This document shows positions 53,801 through 64,000 of a DNA stretch of 64,000 bases, in pieces (positions within the stretch are counted from its first letter, which is position 1; each line of letters opens with the position of its first letter). The position numbers and the translations under genes are program-made. Location of the stretch: positions 26,102,001 through 26,166,000 of the forward strand of contig OZ024740.1 in assembly GCA_964016885.1 (NCBI GenBank), read 5' to 3'. Origin of the DNA: Eledone cirrhosa. Taxonomy: Eukaryota. The notes below the pieces were generated by a model. It had not been told where the DNA came from. It saw only the letters and a program-made list of their open reading frames with translations, and searched no databases.

Positions 53801-56800
53801 GTGTGGGTGAGAGAGACACTGTGAGGCTGTGTAGGTTAGTGTGTGTGGGTGAGAGAGACACTGTGAGGCTGTGTACGTTAGTGTGTGTGTGGGTGAGGGA
53901 GACACTGTGAGGCTGTGTAGGTTAGTGTGTGTGGGTGAGAGAGACACTGTGAGGCTGTGTAGGTTAGTGTGTGTGGGTGAGAGAGACACTGTGAGACTGT
54001 GTAGGTTAGTGTGTGTGGGTGAGAGAGACACTGTGAGGCTGTGTAGGTTAGTGTGTGTGGGTGAGAGAGACACTGTGAGGCTGTGTAGGTTAGTGTGTGT
54101 GGGTGAGAGAGACACTGTGAGGCTGTGTAGGTTAGTGTGTGTGGGTGAGAGAGACACTGTGAGGCTGTGTAGGTTAGTCTGTGTGGATGAGAGGGGCACT
54201 GTGAGACTGTGTAGGTTAGTGTGTGTGGGTGAGAGAGACACTGTGAGCCTGTGTACGTTAGTGTGTGTGGGTGAGAGAGACACTGTGAGACTGTGTAGGT
54301 TAGTGTGTGTGGGTGAGAGAGACACTGTGAGCCTGTGTACGTTAGTGTGTGTGGGTGAGAGGGGCACTGTGAGACTGTCTAGGTTAGTGTGTGTGGGTGA
54401 GAGAGACACTGTGAGGCTGTGTAGGTTAGTGTGTGTGGGTGAGAGAGACACTGTGAGGCTGTGTAGGTTAGTGTGTGTGGGTGAGAGAGACACTGTGAGG
54501 CTGTGTAGGTTAGTGTGTGTGGGTGAGAGGGGCGCTGTGAGACTGTGTAGGTTAGTGTGTGTGGGTGAGAGAGACACTGTGAGACTGTGTAGGTTAGTGT
54601 GTGTGGGTGAGAGAGACACTGTGAGACTGTGTAGGTTAGTGTGTGTGGGTGAGAGAGACACTGTGAGCCTGTATACGTTAGTGTGTGTGGGTGAGAGGGG
54701 CACTGTGAGACTGTGTAGGTCAGTGTGTGTGGGTGAGAGAGACACTGTGAGGCTGTGTAGGTTAGTGTGTGTGGGTGAGAGAGACTGTGAGACTGTGTAG
54801 GTTAGTGTGTGTGGGTGAAAGAGACGGTGAGGCTGTGTACGTTAGTGTGTGGGGGTGAGAGAGACACTGTGAGGCTGTGTAGGTTAGTGTGTGTGGGTGA
54901 GAGAGACACTGTGAGGCTGTGTAGGTTAGTGTGTGTGGGTGAGAGAGACACTGTGAGGCTGTGTACGTTAGTGTGTGTGTGGGTGAGAGAGACACTGTGA
55001 GGCTGTGTAGGTTAGTGTGTGTGGGTGAGAGAGACACTGTGAGGCTGTGTAGGTTAGTGTGTGTGGGTGAGAGAGACATTGTGAGACTGTGTAGGTTAGT
55101 GTGTGTGGGTGAGAGAGACACTGTGAGGCTGTGTAGGTTAGTGTGTGTGGGTGAGAGAGACACTGTGAGGCTGTGTAGGTTAGTGTGTGTGGGTGAGAGA
55201 GACACTGTGAGGCTGTGTAGGTTAGTGTGTGTGTGTGAGAGAGACACTGTGAGGCTGTGTAGGTTAGTGTGTGTGGGTGAGAGAGACTGTGAGACTGTGT
55301 AGGTTAGTGTGTGTGGGTGAAAGAGACGGTGAGGCTGTGTACGTTAGTGTGTGGGGGTGAGAGAGACACTGTGAGGCTGTGTAGGTTAGTGTGTGTGGGT
55401 GAGAGAGACACTGTGAGGCTGTGTAGGTTAGTGTGTGTGGGTGAGAGAGACACTGTGAGGCTGTGTACGTTAGTGTGTGTGTGGGTGAGAGAGACACTGT
55501 GAGGCTGTGTAGGTTAGTGTGTGTGGGTGAGAGAGACACTGTGAGGCTGTGTAGGTTAGTGTGTATGGGTGAGAGAGACACTGTGAGGCCGTGTACGTTA
55601 GTGTGTGTGTGGGTGAGAGAGACACTGTGAGGCTGTGTAGGTTAGTGTGTGTGGGTGAGAGAGACACTGTGAGGCCGTGTACGTTAGTGTGTGTGTGGGT
55701 GAGAGAGACACTGTGAGGCTGTGTAGGTTAGTGTGTGTGGGTGAGAGAGACACCGTGAGGCTGTGTAGGTTAGTGTGTGTGGGTGAGAGAGACACTGTGA
55801 GGCTGTGTAGGTTAGTGTGTGTGGGTGAGAGAGACACTGTGAGGCTGTGTAGGTTAGTGTGTGTGGGTGAGAGAGACACTGTGAGGCTGTGTACGTTAGT
55901 GTGTGTGTGGGTGAGAGAGACACTGTGAGGCTGTGTAGGTTAGTGTGTGTGGGTGAGAGAGACACTGTGAGGCTGTGTAGGTTAGTGTGTGTGGGTGAGA
56001 GAGACACTGTGAGACTGTGTAGGTTAGTGTGTGTGGGTGAGAGAGACACTGTGAGGCTGTGTAGGTTAGTGTGTGTGGGTGAGAGAGACACTGTGAGGCT
56101 GTGTAGGTTAGTGTGTGTGGGTGAGAGAGACACTGTGAGGCTGTGTAGGTTAGTGTGTGTGGGTGAGAGAGACACTGTGAGGCTGTGTAGGTTAGTCTGT
56201 GTGGGTGAGAGGGGCACTGTGAGACTGTGTAGGTTAGTGTGTGTGGGTGATAGAGACACTGTGAGCCTGTGTACGTTAGTGTGTGTGGGTGAGAGAGACA
56301 CTGTGAGACTGTGTAGGTTAGTGTGTGTGGGTGAGAGAGACACTGTGAGCCTGTGTACGTTAGTGTGTGTGGGTGAGAGGGGCACTGTGAGACTGTCTAG
56401 GTTAGTGTGTGTGGGTGAGAGAGACACTGTGAGGCTGTGTAGGTTAGTGTGTGTGGGTGAGAGAGACACTGTGAGGCTGTGTAGGTTAGTGTGTGTGGGT
56501 GAGAGAGACACTGTGAGGCTGTGTAGGTTAGTGTGTGTGGGTGAGAGGGGCACTGTGAGACTGTGTAGGTTAGTGTGTGTGGGTGAGAGAGACACTGTGA
56601 GACTGTGTAGGTTAGTGTGTGTGGGTGAGAGAGACACTGTGAGACTGTGTAGGTTAGTGTGTGTGGGTGAGAGAGACACTGTGAGCCTGTATACGTTAGT
56701 GTGTGTGGGTGAGAGGGGCACTGTGAGACTGTGTAGGTCAGTGTGTGTGGGTGAGAGAGACACTGTGAGGCTGTGTAGGTTAGTGTGTGTGGGTGAGAGA

Positions 56801-59165
56801 GACTGTGAGACTGTGTAGGTTAGTGTGTGTGGGTGAAAGAGACGGTGAGGCTGTGTACGTTAGTGTGTGGGGGTGAGAGAGACACTGTGAGGCTGTGTAG
56901 GTTAGTGTGTGTGGGTGAGAGAGACACTGTGAGGCTGTGTAGGTTAGTGTGTGTGGGTGAGAGAGACACTGTGAGGCTGTGTACGTTAGTGTGTGTGTGG
57001 GTGAGAGAGACACTGTGAGGCTGTGTAGGTTAGTGTGTGTGGGTGAGAGAGACACTGTGAGGCTGTGTAGGTTAGTGTGTGTGGGTGAGAGAGACACTGT
57101 GAGGCCGTGTACGTTAGTGTGTGTGTGGGTGAGAGAGACACTGTGAGGTTGTGTAGGTTAGTGTGTGTGGGTGAGAGAGACACTGTGAGGCCGTGTACGT
57201 TAGTGTGTGTGTGGGTGAGAGAGACACTGTGAGGCTGTGTAGGTTAGTGTGTGTGGGTGAGAGAGACACCGTGAGGCTGTGTAGGTTAGTGTGTGTGGGT
57301 GAGAGAGACACTGTGAGGCTGTGTAGGTTAGTGTGTGTGGGTGAGAGAGACACTCTGAGGCTGTGTAGGTTAGTGTGTGTGGGTGAGAGAGACACTGTGA
57401 GGCTGTGTAGGTTAGTGTGTGTGGGTGAGAGAGACACTGTGAGGCTGTGTAGGTTAGTGTGTGTGGGTGAGAGAGACTGTGAGGCTGTGTAGGTTAGTGT
57501 GTGTGGGTGAGAGAGACACTGTGAGGCTGTGTAGGTTAGTATGTGTGGGTGAGAGAGACACTGTGAGCCTGTGTACGTTAGTGTGTGTGGGTGAGAGAGA
57601 CACTGTGAGGCTGTGTAGGATAGTGTGTGTGGGTGAGAGGGGCACTGTGAGACTGTGTAGGTTAGTGTGTGTGGGTGAGAGAGACACTGTGAGCCTGTGT
57701 AGGTTAGTGTGTGTGGGTGAGAGAGACACTGTGAGGCTGTGTAGGTTAGTGTGTGTAGGTGAGAGAGACACTGTGAGGCTGTGTAGGTTAGTGTGTGGGG
57801 GTGAGAGAGACTGTGAGACTGTGTAGGTTAGTGTGTGTGGGTGAGAGAGACTGTGAGACTGTGTAGGTTAGTGTGTGTGGGTGAGAGAGACTGTGAGGCT
57901 GTGTAGGTTAGTGTGTGTGGGTGAGAGAGACACTGTGAGGCTGTGTAGGTTAGTGTGTGTGGGTGAGAGACACTGTGAGACTGTGTAGGTTAGTGTGTGT
58001 GGGTGAGAGAGACTGTGAGACTGTGTAGGTTAGTGTGTGTGGGTGGGAGAGACTGTGAGTCTGTGTAGGTTAGTGCGTGTGGGTGAGACAGACACTGTGA
58101 GGCTGTGTAGGTTAGTGTGTGTGGGTGAGAGAGACACTGCGAGGCTGTGTAGGTTAGTGTGTGTGGGTGAGAGAGACACTGTGAGGCTGTGTAGGTTAGT
58201 GTGTGTGGGTGAGAGAGACACTGTGAGCCTGTGTACGTTAGTGTGTGTGGGTGAGAGAGACACTGTGAGGCTGTGTAGGTTAGTGTGTGTGGGTGAGAGA
58301 GACTGTGAGGCTGTGTAGGTTAGTGTGTGTGGGTGAGAGAGACACTGTGAGGCTGTGTAGGTTAGTGTGTGTGGGTGAGAGAGACACTGTGAGGCTGTGT
58401 AGGTTAGTGTGTGTGGGAGAGACTGACACTGTGAGCCTGTGTACGTTAGAGTGTGGGTGAGAGAGACACTGTGAGGCTGTGTAGGTTAGTGTGTGTGGGT
58501 GAGAGGGGCACTGTGAGACTGTGTAGGTTAGTGTGTGTGGGTGAGAGAGACACTGTGAGCCTGTGTAGGTTAGTGTGTGTGGGTGAGAGAGACACTGTGA
58601 GACTGTGTAGGTTACTGTGTGTGGGTGAGAGAGACACTGTGAGACTGTGTAGGTTAGTGTGTGTGGGTGAGAGAGACACTGTGAGACTGTGTAGGTTAGT
58701 GTGTGTGGGTGAGAGAGACACTGTGAGACTGTGTAGGTTAGTGTGTGTGGGTGAGAGAGACACTGTGAGACTGTGTAGGTTAGTGTGTGTGGGTGAGAGA
58801 GACACTGTGAGGCTGTGTAGGTTAGTGTGTGTGGGTGAGAGGGGCACTGTGAGACTGTGTAGGTTAGTGTGTGTGGGTGAGAGAGACACTGTGAGACTGT
58901 GTAGGTTAGCGTGTGTGGGTGAGAGATACACTGTGAGACTGTGTAGGTTAGTGTGTGTGGGTGAGAGAGACACTGTGAGACTGTGTAGGTTAGTGTGTGT
59001 GGGTGAGAGAGACACTGTGAGGCTGTGTAGGTTAGTGTGTGTGGGTGAGAGAGACACTGTGAGCCTGTGTAGGTTAGTGTGTGTGGGTGAGAGAGACACT
59101 GTGAGACTGTGTAGGTTAGTGTGTGTGGGTGAGAGAGACACTGTGAGGCAGTGTAGGTTAGTGTG
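47836..59165. repeat. 42-bp satellite array (~265-270 units)
   Basis: Consensus GTGTGTGTGGGTGAGAGAGACACTGTGAGGCTGTGTAGGTTA, with 40- and 44-bp variants and degenerate units at the left edge. Confidence 0.98.
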
Positions 59166-60620
<1,455 letters not shown>

Positions 60621-61311
60621 CTGTTTTACTATACTTGATTGATAAGAACCTAGAAAGACAGAGAGATAACAACTAGAACTACTAAATCAATGGAGCAGCA
60701 GCAACAGAAGCAGCAATGCCACATTACACAAGACTTAGTTCCCTCAGCAAATGATTCTAACATTCTGGAACTACGGTTGATGTATAATCCCATTAGTTGC
60801 CAGCAGAGGGAAAAGATTATCTTCACAAGCGACATAGCAGAATCTAAGCTCTCAAAAGCTTAATTAAAATCTGTCTACATATTAATGCCAGCTTTATCTC
60901 TCTCCTATCAACTAATTCTAATCCGTTGAATTTAATAACAAAGATAACACTTAAATCTCTTTCCATTATTGCTGCTCTGTTCATTGATAGAAGCGACTTG
61001 CTGCTTGCTGAATTGTTCCTTATCAACAAGCAATGGGGTTCCTTAACGGAATACGAAATACACGTCGACTTTGATATTTGTTTGGAAAATTGCTAAAGGT
61101 TATGGTCCAGATTTGTAAATTATAAAGTGTTTAATATGTATGGCTCTCATACACGTACTCACAAACTCACATACACATACACGCATACACACACTGATAT
61201 ATATGTGGGTCTCTGGATGAGGTTGTCTGCCTATAAGAGCGTCTATATATATATATATATAAATAATAGATAAATACTCAGACACACAAACACACACAGA
61301 CACACACACAC

Positions 61312-61373
<62 letters not shown>

Positions 61374-61649
61374 GTACAGTATATACATTCTATTCTCTCA
61401 TTCATCATATTTCGATTATATCGGCACCAACAAGTAACGTAGATACTGATACACACAGCAATGCCAATAACAACAGCAAATAATTACAAGATATTTTATC
61501 TTCACCAACGTTTGACTTGCTCGAAATAATAGCCAAATCTCCATGAAATTATACCCTACTCTGTCGGAAAAAGAAGAAACATTAGATAATATAGTCCTAT
61601 ATACTCGTGAATAAGTTGCACTTGATAATTTTGATGCCGATTTCTGCAT

Positions 61650-61910
61650 GGTAGACCCCGAGCAAGTTGGTTGGATAACATCAATTAACTTGGCTGTCTC
61701 GCCTGGGGACCAAGCCAGATCAGTTGGAGACGGTTTCTTCTAACAGGACCCGATGGAAGGAGTGTTTCATGACTCTGTCCCTACGACTCGCACAATAATA
61801 ATTATTATAATAATAATTGTTTCTTTTTTTGGCACAAGGCCAGCAATTATCCCAGTGCATTACTGATTCTTTATTTTATCGACTTCGTAAGGATGAAAGA
61901 AAAAATTAAC
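61650..61910. mobile_element. RTE 3' fragment (+) tail-to-tail with a SINE 3' fragment (-)
   Basis: 61650-61800 is homologous to 27800-27955. 61817-61910 is the reverse SINE end. Confidence 0.7.
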
Positions 61911-61929
61911 ATAATAATAATTATAATAA

Positions 61930-63445
61930 AGTTCAGACATAATCTTGATCGGGGGAATGTGATAAGAGAACTCGATCAAGAAGAAACTTATGATATATAC
62001 GTGTTTGCGAAGGACACGGAATCAAACACTCGACAATGACGGAAATGAGAAGGAAGGATTGTTACCGCAGAGTAAGAGCAATCTTAAGAACGGAGTTGAA
62101 TGCAAGAAATAGAATCCATGCCATAAACACACTTGCCATACCAGTAGTAACTTACAGTTTCAATATTATCAACTGGTCAAGCACAGAGATCTGTAAACTC
62201 GATATGAAAATTAAAAAATTCTTCACCATGCATAGAGTGCATCACCCTAAGGCAGATACAGATAGAACATATCTCCCTAGGAAAAAGGAGGACGTGGATT
62301 AATCCAGATATTTCTTTGAAAACTGCAACAATTGGATTATCTACATATCTAAGGGAAACACATGATTAGATGATCAAACTCGTTTTCGAAACATGAATGT
62401 AACAAAGGATTATACACCATTACAAAAGATGCACAAAGATACAATAAAGAACGACACATTTAAGAAGTTCCCTTTACTGCTGAAATGAAAAACACAGAAA
62501 AAGCAAAGCAGGTAAAAGCAACTGAGAAGAATGATCTGCTACAGAAACTGGCTAAGTAATGGCAAGAAAAGCTTCTGTATGGAAAATACCCAGAAAGAGC
62601 TAACAATCCTAATATCGACAAAACTTTCACCCATCAGTGGTTGGGATTATCTGGACTGAAAACAGAGACTGAAAGACTGATTATATCAGCACAAGATCAG
62701 TGTCTGCCAACAGAAAATTATCAAGCCAACATCATAAGAAATGGATACAACCCATTATGCCGTGTACGTAAAAGCAACCAGAGACCATTTATCATATAAT
62801 CTCAATGTGCAGGCTTATAGCTCCAACCGAATACCTAAACAGGCATGACAGAGCTGAACAATACATACATTGGGTAATGTGTAAGCATTTTGACCTGCAC
62901 CATAAAAAGAGTTGGTGGGGCATCAACCACCTCCTGTACTTGAACAATTTTTTGGAACTCTATCGTCCAAACAGACCGAAAAATAGATGCAAATGAACCT
63001 GATATAATACTGAAGGACTTTAAAAAGAGGGTATGCCTGCTAATTGATATGCCCGTTCCTATAGACAAGAATGTATCTATAAAAACATAAAAAATATTGA
63101 GCAAGTATAAAGACCTGGAAATAGAGATTAGAAACATGTGGAAGTTGAGAACTAAAGCAATACCAGAGGTTGTAGGCGCTCTAGGAATGATATCTAATGA
63201 TTAATTATCCCAAATCCCAGGAAAGCCGCGTATAGAAGAAATACAAAAGATAGTACGAATGGGAACTGTACATATAAGGAAGATTCTGTCAATATAAATA
63301 CATCACAAGCGTAAACACCTAGATACATGTGTGTCTATGTGTTTTTTCTTGAACATGGCGGACCTTGTTGTCTTTTGAGGTCACTGGTTGTGACTTGGTG
63401 ATAACTCGTATGAACATAAAACAAATTTATGAAAAAAAAAAAATT
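61930..63445 (+). mobile_element. Decayed 5'-truncated R4/Dong-type LINE
   Basis: YRRVRAILRTELNARNRIHAINTLAIPVVTYSF, GLKTETE..I.SAQDQ, EYLNRHD, PDIILKD...CLLIDM.VP.D, SKYKDLE, VGALG. A TAA-rich tract lies at the 5' junction. Confidence 0.9.
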
Positions 63446-63454
63446 ATTATTTCA

Positions 63455-63745
63455 TTTATTGGCCACAAAGACCGATATGTACGGGACAATACAAAGACGG
63501 GGACAGTGGGGGTTTACAGTAAGCTCGAGTAAAAGTGCACAATAGCAAAACCAATTTAACAATGAAGATATAAAATAAACCATGTTTAAACATAACAAAA
63601 TAAATTCCCCAATAGGGGGGGGGGGGGTGAACCACCCAAAGGCGACTCAGGTACCACACCAATCCTGAACCACCCGACGCTTCTAGGGCACCCTGGTAGG
63701 GTAGGCCTCTCCTCCTCAAATCAACCAGCCTACAGGTGGCGTAGG
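63455..63745 (-). mobile_element. 3' end of a Tx1-like LINE
   Basis: AAATTCCCCAATAG..GAACCACCC..CACCAAT..AACCACCCG is shared with ~21527-21640. AATAAA lies at the terminus. Confidence 0.7.
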
Positions 63746-64000
63746 CGAGAAGAAGAAGATGATGATGATGTGGATATTCGTAAATAGATGTGATACTCAG
63801 GACTAGAAGTATTTTGTCACATGTCTGTGTCTTAATTAAAAACAAGCCACCGTGTTTAATATTACATATACTTTTGTGAGGTAACGCCAACAACTAAAAA
63901 TACTTTACGTGGTCGCTCGGGCTGCTAGAAATGAAAGAAGAATCTTCATCACATCTCTTCCGAATGTTTAAAATGAACGAAGGACACGTTTGTTAGTGCC

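Noticed and set aside
47836-59165. CRISPR-like or telomeric array (TAGGTTAG in the unit)
   Set aside because: There are no unique spacers and no cas genes, and the context is eukaryotic. The unit holds only an 8-nt telomere-like fragment with no TTAGG(G)n run.
60689-60863. Short ORF MEQQQQKQQCHITQ...
   Set aside because: It is under 60 aa with no recognisable domain and no splice support.

Overview
AT-rich, repeat-dominated eukaryotic (animal) DNA with no recognisable host protein-coding exon. The abundant tRNA-type SINE resembles the one that is common in octopod cephalopod genomes (inference from recall, not a search). Contents: a young but internally deleted R4/Dong-type (restriction-like endonuclease, RLE) LINE; decayed R4-type, CR1, RTE-BovB, RTE-X and Tx1/L1 LINE fragments; SINEs; mariner and hAT MITEs; an 11.3-kb 42-bp satellite with irregular higher-order structure; a 62-bp minisatellite; and dense (TA)n/(TG)n tracts. 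The most striking unexplained signal is that many short inserts within the (TA)n tracts, from about ten families with little mutual sequence similarity, share one architecture. Each has a minimal type I hammerhead ribozyme (intact, variant or half), an ~100-250 nt tail, and often a fold-back inverted duplication whose turning point lies in a ribozyme helix. These look like termini (pLTRs) of Penelope-like retroelements. They include a U3-A8 compensatory core variant and helix II expansions of ~80-115 nt. All structures were read by eye, none was computed, and coordinates of decayed elements are approximate.
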